From Podospora anserina (Eukaryota): a DNA stretch of 64,000 bases. The notes beneath the pieces are model-generated. The model made no database searches. It had not been told where the DNA came from and worked only from the letters and a program-made list of their open reading frames with translations. Made by a program: the position numbers and the translations under genes. The stretch is from positions 4,712,001-4,776,000 of the forward strand of contig CM030332.1 in NCBI GenBank assembly GCA_017654855.1, written 5' to 3'. This document shows, one piece after another, positions 35,700-47,290 of this stretch (its first letter is position 1; every line of letters begins with the position of its first letter).

Positions 35700-38600
35700 G
35701 ACAAATTACCGGGGCCAGCGAAGCCTGGGGAGGGCTCAAGATGGTGAGAGAGTCTCCCCTTCCGTACCGAGACGTCCCGGTGGGAGGTTCTGAGTGATGC
35801 ACATCATGCCTTGCTCCTTCCCCCTCATTCTTCTATGATGTTAGGCATTGGCGGGGTCTGGACTCGGCCAGGGAAGGTGCCATACATCGATCACATCCAA
35901 ACGGCAGGAGCCGCCAGCAAAGGCGATCAAGTACCAGCTTGATTTCCATCCATCACCTCTATGCAATGCCTATGTCACTCATCACGTTCTCTGGGTCATC
36001 ACCATGAAGTGGAAAGCCCACCAACCTGGGCCTCTCCTCCCGTCCTTCCGTCATCCCAACCCCTGTTGCGGATCAAGCAACCTTCTCCACACGTCAAGAG
36101 TGCTGGGCAGCGAGTCTGGAATTACTGCGTACATACTCTATAGCCCTCGGTTGCATCGGTGAGTCTTCCGCAGATCTAAATATGGCATCACTACGGCTAA
36201 ATAATATCGTCAATCATCCCGTCCTGCGCACATATTCCCCAGACCAAGGCTTCTTGGGAGCCTCAAGGAGCTTCGGCTGTGCAACCTGTCATCCTCACGC
36301 AGCTGGGCGATCCTGAACTGAAGTCTGGGTGGTCATGCCCGGTGGTTGACGGCCAGGCATCCCTTCGTCCCGGATCCAATACTGACACCGGCCGGGAAAT
36401 TGAGGAACCATGGAGAGTCAAGACCGAGCGCTCTCGAGATGAACCATGCAGTTAGAACCCATGCCAAGTCCAGAATATGCATCTCAGTGAACAGCCAGTG
36501 GGAAGCCTCGCCGAAGTGGGACGACCGTTTGATGTCTCGCCTTCCCTGTTTAGTTCACTTGCAGGGACCTTCCGGCTCCGTGATTCACCAAACCCAGCCG
36601 GTGGCGGGTCCGGGGCATCTTTATCTTGACGTACCAGCACACCCACACACGGCGGCGGCTTGTCGAGACCCGTGCAGACTATATATGCGCTTACAACAGT
36701 CATGAGTTGCAATGTGTTTCAATCGACATGGGCCGATCCTCGCAACCTGGGTTCGGTTTTGCCCATTACCCCATGCAAGAAGCTATGATGCCGCTGCCCC
36801 GCGATGGAAGCTCTCGGGTGAGAGCTTGGGAGCTTGGGAGCTTGGGTCAACTGCTTTGACCTGGATGGCACCTCGTGGTCAATAGAATGATCGACACACA
36901 GGATGAACCAAGCTACGGTACTGTTCACCCGCTATTGACATACATCCTATAGCAGCGCTTGAGGCGGTCGCATCATGGCTTCAATGCCCAGCAAGAGGTG
37001 CCATTGCCAAGCCTGGACCAGCGGAACATTCGATACGCATCAGATATCTCCTTCGCTCCGAGACTACACGCATACACAGAGGTCAGGAAGGTTATGAGGA
37101 CCGGCCGTCGAGTCCTCTGCGTTATGCTCGCCTTTACTGTGGGAGTTGGAGAGGCCCTGTTATCGTCCAGGTGCCTTGCTTCGCGGCAGTCGACTGACCC
37201 GTTTACCCGATTTGCTGTGGTGTGATTAGTTTGGCCTCTGCAAGTCAAGATCGACTGGAGGGATAAAATTTCTGGAAGCTGGATTGCCCGCAAACTATCT
37301 TCTTGTCAGGTGGTAGCCGCCGCGAAAGGCACGTGGGCACAAGAATGCGGTCGTCGTGAAGCTTGAGCAACTCATCTGAAGGCGGCCATCGAGGGGTCGA
37401 CAAAGGGTTTCATGTCATGTTGAGGTTGCACTCCGATCGAAATGCTGTGAAGTTTCGCATCTTGATGGGTCATTCAACCATGTTTCATACTGATATCCAC
37501 TTTCCTTCTCTGGACGACTCGTTGCACCCTAGCCGATCCTGGCTCTGGGAGTCTCTATTGGGACTTGAGTGCTGTGCACAGAAGATGGAGACATGCACAT
37601 GGAGTTGTATCGAATGCATCACGGTGGCCCTGAAAATTTGTTTTCGGAGGTGACCGGTTTGGCCCCCTTCTCCAGGAGAACTTCAGGAGCACTTCGCTCA
37701 CCACAGAGGAGCGGGTCTGGGGACAGGCCGAGGGTAAAAGCGAGCGCCAAACGGTTTCTAGGTACTAGGCGCACGCTACACCAAACGCAGCAAGGGTTTT
37801 GTGTGTTTCCAGGGCTGTTTCTTGCCATCGATTCCTGTTCCACAGGGCCACGATCCAAATGACAGGGGTTTCCGGATATGTTTCCAGCACCCGTTTGCTG
37901 CCTCTGGCGTTGTTCATGGGAAACTGGGGCCTTGACGTGAAGGTCCATATTCTGCTTCCACTCGGGCAACCAAAAATGAGTGGGAGGGGAGATGCATAAT
38001 ACAGTCGCATATTTGCTAATGCCGGCAAAATCACCACCAATGCCTTCGTCGACACATCCACGGGCAGCTAGGACGAGGTCGGGCTTGCGATATCACCATC
38101 GGAGAAAACCTGGATCACGAGCTAGAAACAACCTTTCTGGCCACATCATCTCTGGGCAAGGCAAGATACCTAGACCCCAGCGAGCAGGAATAGCCAGGGT
38201 GACGAAACCAAGGCAGTTTCCCTTCATAGTACAGAAAACCAAGGCCAGGGTCTGTATTGAGCTAGTAGCTGCAAAACTGTCAGGGGTCATCATCAGTGGC
38301 AGTGAGGTGGGGTTTAGCAGTCCTCTGATCTGAAAAAACGTTGATCAAGGATCTCACGACTGTCCTCTGACCAATCCTAGCCTTGAACTCCCTGGACTCA
38401 TGGGTAGCTACGGGGAACCAGGGCGTATTCGTATGGAGTGTTTGGATCTTTATACAGATCTTCTGTGGCAATCGACACATGTTACACAACTCCTCCATGC
38501 CACAGGCACCCGTAGCGAACGCTGTCCTGGGGTTGCGGTCCCTTTGGTATGTTTGATGCTTGTCTGGGAACATAACCATGCTCTCATGATTATGCCTGGC

Positions 38601-39339
38601 AGGACATCAACCGGGGCAGCAGAAGCAAGGTACTGCACGGGAGCGACCGACGTCGGCTCACGACAACGGCCCTGTCTCATGGACCAAAATGCGGCCAAGG
38701 CAGAAGCGGTATTCGGGCCCTTCCCAGGAATAGGTAGCCCGCTGTACTGGCATATAAGACGGGTAGCATCAAGTGCCTGCCAGCGGCTCTGGTCCTTCAT
38801 CCCCCCGAGTGCCCATCTCTCTCCCACCAACCAACCGGCACCACAGAACATCTTTGGAGAACCCTTGACCCATACCACATAACACAGCTTCGCTAACACC
38901 CCACCGTTCCCTGAGCCACTGGTCGCCCCTTCCCCTTACCGTCCTCCCAGTCTCGCTTGAGGAACCAAAGGCTTGATTTTATCGAAAACAGACTGCTTTG
39001 TCCGGCTGAAATCATCGAGCCACTCGACTCTCGACTTTCACCTCCGACACCTGGCCGGTTAAGAAGGGCAGTCACCCAGTCTCGGAGCGTTTCTTTTCTC
39101 ACCCACACTGTTCAGAGGCAAACAACAGCACCATCAACCCAGTGCTACTTAGCCCCTGGCCCCCCGCTCTTTTCTTCCAAGCAACCTTCGACTTTCTCTT
39201 CCTCATCAAGAGTCGCATTTGCTCCGACAACGGGAGACTCGACTTGATCTGAAAGAGCACTAGTGTCTACTATACACTAGTTAGATCGAAAGAAACTTTC
39301 CCTTCCCGTGCAGCCGACGCAAACAAGAAATCCGACAGC

Positions 39340-40200
39340 ATGTCCAAGTTGTTTATTGGGTAAGACAAGAAGTCCAATGGGGTGCAGATTCTGCCTCCTT
39401 CCCCACACGCGGCAGGCGACTGGCTAACAGAGAAAACAGCGGCCTCGCATGGCACACCGAGGAGGCCACTCTGAGGCAAAAGTTTGAGGAGTTTGGCGTG
39501 GTGGAAGAAGCAGTATGTCGTGGTGCGCTTTCATTTGGTGCGGCTCTTGCTCCTTGTTACCATCGCCCTTGGGCATTGGTGCTTGGTAAGGTCAGGAACA
39601 CCGCGAAGACTCTGGTCTCTAACCTCTCCTCTTCTAGGTTGTTGTCAAAGATCGCGACACTGGCCGTAGTAGAGGCTTCGGTTTCGTCAGATACACCAAC
39701 CCAGACGACGCCCAGAAAGCCATCTCTGCGATGAACAACATCGAGTACTTTTGTCCCCAGACGACCCCCCCCCCCCCCTTTGACCTTGCAGTTTTCTGAC
39801 CCTTCTCCAGATTCGACGGCCGTCAGATCCGTGTTGACAAGGCCTCGGACACTGGTCCCAGAGGCGGCGGACGAGGAGGTCCTCCTGGCTTCGGCCGTGG
39901 TGGATACGGAGCCGTCCAGATGGGAGGTTCTCCGATGCCCATGGCATACGGCGCCCCGCAACCGTACGGAATGCCACCCAACGTCTACGCCCAGCCTTAT
40001 GGACGCGGATACTCCCAGGCCGTCCCGGCAGGCTACGCTGCCCCTCCCCAAAGTAAGACGATACGAAAAAGAACAAGAGGGAGCACTGTCACTAACAGTT
40101 CCTTTCCTTAGCCTGGCAACAGCCATACGGATACCCTGATCCCTCCCAGCAAGGCCAGCCGCACCAGCAGCAGCAGCCTAACCCAGGTCAAGGATACTAG
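39340..40200 (+). CDS. Glycine-rich RRM RNA-binding protein (GRP/CIRBP-like)
   Basis: Missed by the ORF track. Exons 39340-39359, 39440-39512, 39638-39744, 39811-40052, 40112-40200. MSKLFIGGLAW (RNP2), [15 protein letters not shown] (RNP1), [11 protein letters not shown], then RGG and a G/Y/P/Q-rich tail. Confidence 0.93.
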
Positions 40201-41191
40201 GAATTTCGTCAACCAGACCACCGTGGTTCTCTTCCTCCTAACAGCTTCTTCTAAAAGAAATGACTTTGAGAACAGATACCCAAAACAACACACGACCCGT
40301 TCGAGTTTTCTGTACGATCAGGGCTTTTTGCTGCTCTTTGAGAACCACCACATATACCCCGCTCGATCCCTTTTCCGATACGTTTTTTTTGTCTTTCTCA
40401 TGTTATGATCGACATTTCTTCGGTTTAGTCGGACGGCTACCTAGACAACAGCCACTGGGCTTTGTTGGCTCCGTCTCCCCGTCCAATTATTATTTGTCAG
40501 CCCAGAAGCAAAACAGGGATTTCACCACCCATTTACCTGTGGTATATGTGGTGGTGGTGGCTTCTGAGAAATTTCTGGGCGTGTTTCTGTTTTATTTTTT
40601 TGTCTTGTTTGCTTAGTCTTTAATGCATTTTTTCTGCCCGTTTTTTGATATGTCCTGTTTTGTTTGTTTCTTCTTTCTCAAAAGTAGGGATATCATGTGT
40701 GTTTGTGTTATGCTATTGTTTTGTGTGTGTGTGTGTGTGTGGGACTATGGCTGACGACGAAACGGCTGTGGGAATTGGGTTGGGCATTGGGGGGGGAAGG
40801 GATGCAGATAAAGGGTGTGTTATGAATCAAGGGGGGAATGGGTTATGTCATGGGCTTCCCTTTTGTTCAACAATGCCGCGGTTGTTTCTTGTCTCATGTG
40901 CGACATGAGAAACAGAGGGGCGGCTGGGCTGTCTGGGTGGGGGTGAGGAGGTTGTGAAAAAGGAAGAGGTGGGACAGGTGGAATATGCTGCCTGTATTGC
41001 TCAGGGGAACGAGAAAGCATCAAGGGGGGGAATAAGAAAAAATAAACCATGAATTGGTGGAGGGAATGAAAAGGAGGAGAAAAAAAAAGAAACAGAAAAC
41101 TCGTAGCTGTGTTTTTTTCTTGTGTTTTCAATTTTCTCTCTCCTTTTTGGTTTCTGAGTGTGCGCGTCTGTTTGTCTGTTTACTTCGACCA

Positions 41192-42949
41192 TCACGAAGT
41201 CTTTTCTGTCTCTTCTTGCTCGTCTATGCTGCTGACCTTTTGGAACTCGTGATGTTGTTGATGATGATGATGATGATGATGATGCTCATGTTGATGCTCC
41301 AAAGAAGAAGAAGAACCGTCCAGACTGACAGTGACAGGAGATTGCGCACGCAGGATTTGGTTTTTTCTGTCAGTCTGGCTCACCACCACCTCTCCTTTCC
41401 CTTCCGCCGCCGCTGCCGCCGCCACCGCTCGAACCCGATTCGACAGGTCGGTGACGTGCTCGTCACCGCTTTCCGGACTGAGTTCATCGAGGGCCTTTTC
41501 CAGACCCCACAAGTAATCACGGTTCAGCCCCGACGGCCCCTCGCTGCGGTAGATGTGCTCGGCTAGCCTCTGGGGGTCCTGCGGGCCGACGAACTGCTCG
41601 TTGTCTGGCGTGCCGATGTAAACCAACGTTTGGATCGGCAGTTTCCCGGGCAGGGCAGTCAGCGGATCGTTGGTGTTGTTGTCAATGCTGGGTGCTGGGT
41701 GGAAGGGGGTGTAGTGGATTGTGTAGCCGTTTATCTCGCGAATGTCGAGATAGTCCTTCACCTCGGCGACGCGCTCGGGGATGATGCGGTAGGCGACGCC
41801 CCAGACTTTCTCGGGGGCCGAGTCATGGTGGTCGGTCAGCTGCTCCCAGTATGAGCGCGAGATGAGAGTCACGACTCGTCCTGGGGCTTCGGGGGTGCCA
41901 CGGTGGTCTTCGCTGTTGGAAGGGCAAGCGGAGAGGATGATGGTTAGTGAGGTCTGCTTGGTCGGGGATGGAGCTTGAAGAGGGAAACGACAGCAACGGA
42001 AGAAGGAAGAAGGGAGGCTGAAGGGGAAACAACAGGAGTAAGAGGGGGGCCCGGTGGGCTGGCCAGGCTTGCGTCAAGTCAATGGGAAGGGATTGGATGC
42101 GATGACGTTGATTTGGCACACAGCCTGCCTGCCATCAGGTCCTCCCTCCCCAGTTTGTTCGTTAATCTGGCCCGGCATGTTGGCCCATGGGAGATAAACA
42201 ACAACGTGAAAGAAAGAGTTGGCAGAAGCGAGGACAACAACCCGGAAGCTATGGCCAACGGTTCGGTTCCGGGTTGAGGCTAAGGTAGAATAGATGGGAG
42301 GAAGAAATGTACCTTGCCTATAAGCGATGGTTAGCTATTATGTTGGGAAAGGCAGATACATAGTTGGTGGGAGATATGTCGTCAATGGTGGTGGTCCGAG
42401 CTGTGGGGGGGTGGGTGATGGGTACGGGGGCGGGAAGGGAAAGGAGAGAGGAAGAAAAGGGCTCAGGGGGAGGCTCGGGAGCACGGGAGGGTTGCAAGGG
42501 CAACGACATGGGCGACGCAGAACACATGCACGACACACGTCGGCACACACAGACACAGACACAGACACAGACACAGACACAGACACACACGTACTTGCCA
42601 GAACCGTCTCACATAGCCTGTCACCCAGCCTGGGATTCTCCTGTCTTGGCTCAAATTAGCTGCCGTCTTGGATGCCGGAACCAGAGAATGGGGTTCTCGG
42701 TATCGATTTATCGATCGGTACGTGATGTTGGGCTAAGGACCAGGCAGGTAGGTGGTAATGGGGAGAGTACCAAAGTGCGGCGGCGGTTTCCAGATCAAAC
42801 TCCTGTGGTGATTATTTAGCCTCGTGTGTTTCTGACAGCATAAAAAGTCTTGATTTGTTTTCTCATTTCCCTCTTTCCAGAGGGGAGTGTGTAAAAGCTT
42901 ACCCGTATCCAAACAGCCAAAACTCATCGGCTTCGGCTTCGGCTGGCAT
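41192..42949 (-). CDS. GCG1: ChaC-family glutathione-specific gamma-glutamylcyclotransferase
   Basis: Exons 42949-42903, 42802-42771, 42644-42595, 42317-42313 (5 nt), 41912-41192. Spliced product: MPAEAEADEFWLFGYGSLIWKPPPHFDRRIPGWVTGYVRRFWQASEDHRGTPEAPGRVVTL...VWGVAY...YLDIREINGY...GPSGLNRDYL. Confidence 0.93.
42544..42590. repeat. (ACACAG)n hexamer microsatellite in ChaC intron 3
   Basis: About 6-7 tandem copies immediately downstream (minus strand) of the GTACGT donor at 42594. Confidence 0.9.
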
Positions 42950-44362
42950 GTTGACAGCGAACACGGAGTAGTGTGAGTTCGGATCCTTCTTACTAGGCGC
43001 GTATACGCAGTAGGGATGATATGAGCTCTTCTTGGTTTGATGTTCTCTTCACGGGGTTAAGCGAAGTGCATGAGCGCCTCAACACACAGACCGAGCCCAA
43101 CAACTGCAACGGCCGTACTATTAAAGCCGGCGTGGAAAGTGCTGTTCAGGGCAGGTATTACATAAGGTAGGGAAAGTTGCGGTCAAATTCCAGTGCCAGC
43201 GAAAAGGTGGAGGATCCCATCCGGCTTGTGGGACTATCCGCTGCGGGAGCTCCAACAAGCGTGCTTCAGCCGGCGTATCGCCTCATTGGAGATATCAACA
43301 TATGTATATTCTACAATCTGTGTGTATTATCTCGTCAGGCACCCAAGTTGGGCTTTGGAGTTGTGCTGTTTCTCTCATATGATATTGATCAAGTGTCACC
43401 CCAACCATATGCCGCCTGCCATTACTCATGTACCACGGCCTATTGCTCTGACTCGTGACGGCCTCTTGGTTTGGTTTACTTCTTTAAAAACCTCGAGAAG
43501 GTGACTCTGACAGAGACCGAGAAGGAGGAAAGAGGCTGCAGTTGTCAAACTCGCCAGCGGTAATGCTGAAACCCAGACTAGTCCGGATTTGCGGCAGCAA
43601 GCCTTCTCGAAAAAACTGGGGGGAAACGGCAACGAAGGCGCTCCACCTCTCAGATCCTAAAGTTGAAGATGACCCCACCAGGAGCGAGCCCCTGTGATGG
43701 ACCCTTGTGACGCTTCTGGAATTTGATGGTCAACTGGACCATTTCTGTCGATTAGGTTGATACGGATAAGAGAAAGGAACAGGCTTCAAGATAACGTGGA
43801 TATAATCTCCTTGCTAGTTCAAAATCTTATAAATAATAGTCATCTCGTAAAAGCGTCCGAGTGACCAGTGTCTAGGAAATCGGCCTGGGCAGGAACTGCA
43901 CGACCGGAACCGGCACTGACGAAACGTCACCGAGTGGCTTTTTTCCAGCGCCAAGGGGACGGATTCCCATGATTACATTTCATGGATACAATTACCGTAA
44001 AATCCCCACTACCATCTCGCAGCATCGGGCACCGCTCCAGCACCTGGTGGACAAGACGCAAGCCGCCGTGCTCGGCGTCGAATAAGGGGCAGCTAAAAGT
44101 AATATCAACCTGTCGTCTCCCAACTTTTTTCGCGCTTCCTGAAGAAAAGGGAAGAAAGCCTTGTTTTCCCAGACATACCTATCTGAGGCTGAGCACCCTG
44201 CACGCCTGGCGCAGTACCAAAAAACATTACACTACTTAACCCCTCGCAAAGACCTCCAACTGTAGCCTCCCCACCGTCCAACCCTCAAACGTGACACACC
44301 TCAGGAGAACTACCAGCGACGATCTTGTTTTTCGAGTCGCAAACCACCACCTCCTTGCAAAG

Positions 44363-45529
44363 ATGGCCTACAACAGATCCTACAACCCAGATGAGCTGCC
44401 CAGGTGAGTGCTGCCGCATGCATGAGAAACGCGCAAGCCCAAAACCTCCGTTATCAACGCTCTCTCCTGTGGCTTCTTGCTTTTGCGCTTGCGCCAGGGG
44501 GGATGGAACCCCACCATATTTGGCACTTTGCTCCCCCCTCCATCACCACATCGCCACCACTACCTGATGATCGTATCGTTTTGCTAACACGCCGCGTTTG
44601 CTTTCCTCAGGTTTGCGGAGCCAGAACAAGTGAGAACTGCCATTCTCTAATCCATCATTCTGCAAGAAGCTAACCGGCCGTCCCCCCTTTGTATCAGAAA
44701 GGACCAAGGTCGCCCACTGGACAGGCCCCCCCTCCATCCTCCCGATACGAGAACAAGCCACCCCCGCCTCGCCCGCTCGAGCACAAAAACTCACACTACG
44801 ACCGCTACGACCAGACCGGCCGGTTGTCCCCACGACACGCCCCGCCTCCGGACCGATACGGCGGCATGAGCCCCCCTCCGACAGCTACCCAGGGACGCCC
44901 GGTTCAGCAGACCCGTCCCCCTGCCAGCTCCCGCCCACCCCCGAGTCCTGCCCCGCGCGATGGCGCCGCTGACCCAACCTTGCTCCCTCTCTTCCGGGCC
45001 GTCGACAAGGATGGTAAGCTTCGCGCCATGGTCCTTTCCTTTCTAACCAAGCTAACAAATCAAAGGCACCGGTCAACTCTCGGAAAAGGAGCTCTCGGCC
45101 GCCCTCGTCAACGGCGACTGGACCGCCTTCGACCCCCAAACCGTCCGCATGATGATCCGCATGTTCGACTCTGACCGGTCAGGCACCATCGGATTTGAGG
45201 AGTTTTGCGGGCTGTGGTCCTTCCTCGCCTCGTGGCGCACGCTTTTTGACCGGTTCGACACGGACCGGTCGGGGAACATTTCCCTGGAGGAGTTCAAGGG
45301 CGCACTGGTGGCGTTTAGGTACCGCCTCAGCGACCAGTTCATCAAGGTTCTGTTCAAGACGTATGACAAGAGGGGGGAGGGGGTGATGAGCTTTGACTTG
45401 TTTGTGCAGGCTTGTATTAGCCTGAAGAGGATGACGGATGTGTTTAAGAAGTATGATGAGGATCGGGATGGGTATATCACGTTGAGCTTTGAGGATTTTT
45501 TGACGGAGATATTGAGGCAGTTGAGGTAG
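44363..45529 (+). CDS. PEF1: Penta-EF-hand calcium-binding protein (peflin/ALG-2 family)
   Basis: Exons 44363-44403, 44611-44629, 44698-45013, 45066-45529. Pro-rich N-terminus; EF-hand loops DKDGTGQLSEKE, DSDRSGTIGFEE, DTDRSGNISLEE, DEDRDGYITLSFEDF. Confidence 0.93.
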
Positions 45530-45838
45530 ATGATATGATGGGGGTGATGGGACATAGGGAGATGGGGGTGTTTAATCTGTGTGTCTAGTTTTGAGGCATG
45601 GTGTGTTGTTGCTCGATTTTTGGGCTTTCTTTTTTTTTTAAAAAAAAAATACGACGGTTTTTTTCCACAGATTATTTTATTCAACAATGGGCAAAGGTGG
45701 TTGATCATACCGTTTGGTTTTGTTGTTTCATGAGCATAACAGGCAGAGCGAGCGAGTAGATGAGTCACTCAAGACACATTAGTCATTGAGGTGTAGCCAA
45801 TTCATTGTTGACAACCGTAGTCTAGGTATTAGGGCTCT

Positions 45839-46007
45839 TCAAGCTGGCACCCTCCCTCCGTGATGAACCTCTTCCTTTTTGAGAAACAATTCCAAGTTGG
45901 ACCGCCAATTGCACTTTTCCAACGAGGGGATGGATATCCCTGCTGCTGCTGTTGCTGGGGTTTTCCTGGAACTTGATGAGCCAACATTATCCTTGGCAGT
46001 CTTGTTT

Positions 46008-46083
<76 letters not shown>

Positions 46084-47290
46084 CATCCTGACCCTTAGTA
46101 CTCTCAGCATCGCCGTGATCATGGCCTCCCTGCTGCTCATCTTGCAGTTCCCCTCGGTCGGTGATCGTCCCCATGACAACACCACCACCACCACCAGGCT
46201 TGCTCGTCGTGCTGTGAAGGGTGGTCTTCTCGCCGGGTTCAAGGACAAGGACAGCTGTCTTGTTTGTTGTTGTTGCATTCTCTTCTTCTTCTTTTGTTGC
46301 GAGAAGCTGATGGATGTCGTCCTTGGTGTACTGCTTGGGGATTTTTCTTCTTCTGGAAAACAACAGCCTGTTGATGAGGCCGCGGAGGACTAGGTTGCCG
46401 TCGTGGGCGCCAATCCAGACTTTGGCGGCTAGTTTGATTGCTATTTCGATTCCTGATGGGACGGTCCCGCGGTGGTGGGTGTTGTTGAATGGGTGGAGGA
46501 GGACGGTCAGTGGGAGGGCGGCTTCGGAAATTAGGTGGTTGGTTATGTAGGTGTGGATTGTTGCGTAGGGGATTCCGTGGGGGATGTAGAGGATGCTGAT
46601 GGGTCTGTCGTCTGGGGGTGGTAAGGGATGTTGCTTCGGTTGTTGCTGGACTGAGACTGGAGATAGGGGGGTTCTCAAACTGGATTGGGATTTACTCCGG
46701 AGTCGTGGGGGAAGGGGAAGGTGGTATAATGGGGGTGGTGGCGGCCGGTAGGTGATTCCTATTGCGTATTGAAGGCCTGAAATATCGTGTTTTTGAGGAA
46801 GGAAGGCTACTGTTATTTCTCCTGGCTCTCCTGGGGGTGTGGATGGGGTTGGGAATCGCAATATGTGAAGTCTGCCTGGTTCTTGGGGTTTCCATTTGGG
46901 CAGTGTTCTGACTCTACTCTTCTCAAAGTATTTCCAGCTCTTGATTTTGCTTCCTGAGGCTGGTGTTGTTAAGATGACCGTTTTCGTACCAACGGCTGGG
47001 AGCTGCTGGAGGGTAGCTTTATTGCAATGTTTGGAGCTGTGGTGGGATATAATGACCAAATCTGGCTCGGGAAGCTCAAGGAGAGACAAGATGCAGGGTG
47101 GCTGTCTGTGAGTTTCTTTAGCTATTTTTGGATGCATGACTTTGGCCGGTCCTGTGATCCATGGGTCTAGCAGGATTCGGAATGGCTTTGGGCTCTTGGA
47201 TGGACCAGCCCGGCTGTGTTCATAGCTTCTGGGTTCAAAGGTCAACAAAAAGGTGGCATCGCTGTTGAGGTGTTGTATAGTGACGGCCAT
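45839..47290 (-). CDS. Metallo-beta-lactamase-fold hypothetical protein with poly-Asn tail
   Basis: ATG 47290 (MAVTIQHLNSDATFLLTF). RILLDPWI, PDLVIISH...HCN, LLHPF and WIGAHD follow the MBL motif order, but the HxHxDH motif is degenerate. Confidence 0.68.
46008..46082. repeat. (TTG/CAA)25 trinucleotide repeat encoding poly-Asn
   Basis: Perfect 75-nt run inside the minus-strand ORF. Confidence 0.96.

Noticed and set aside
35750..39300. 3.5-kb interval with many short ORFs, examined for a hidden gene or ncRNA
   Set aside because: I found no coherent exon chain, codon bias or recognisable motif by eye. A BLASTX/Rfam search is needed to exclude relics or lncRNA.
41913..42594. TPP riboswitch or snoRNA in the long ChaC introns
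   Set aside because: No TPP aptamer consensus and no convincing paired C/D or H/ACA boxes seen; only an isolated hairpin, reported separately.
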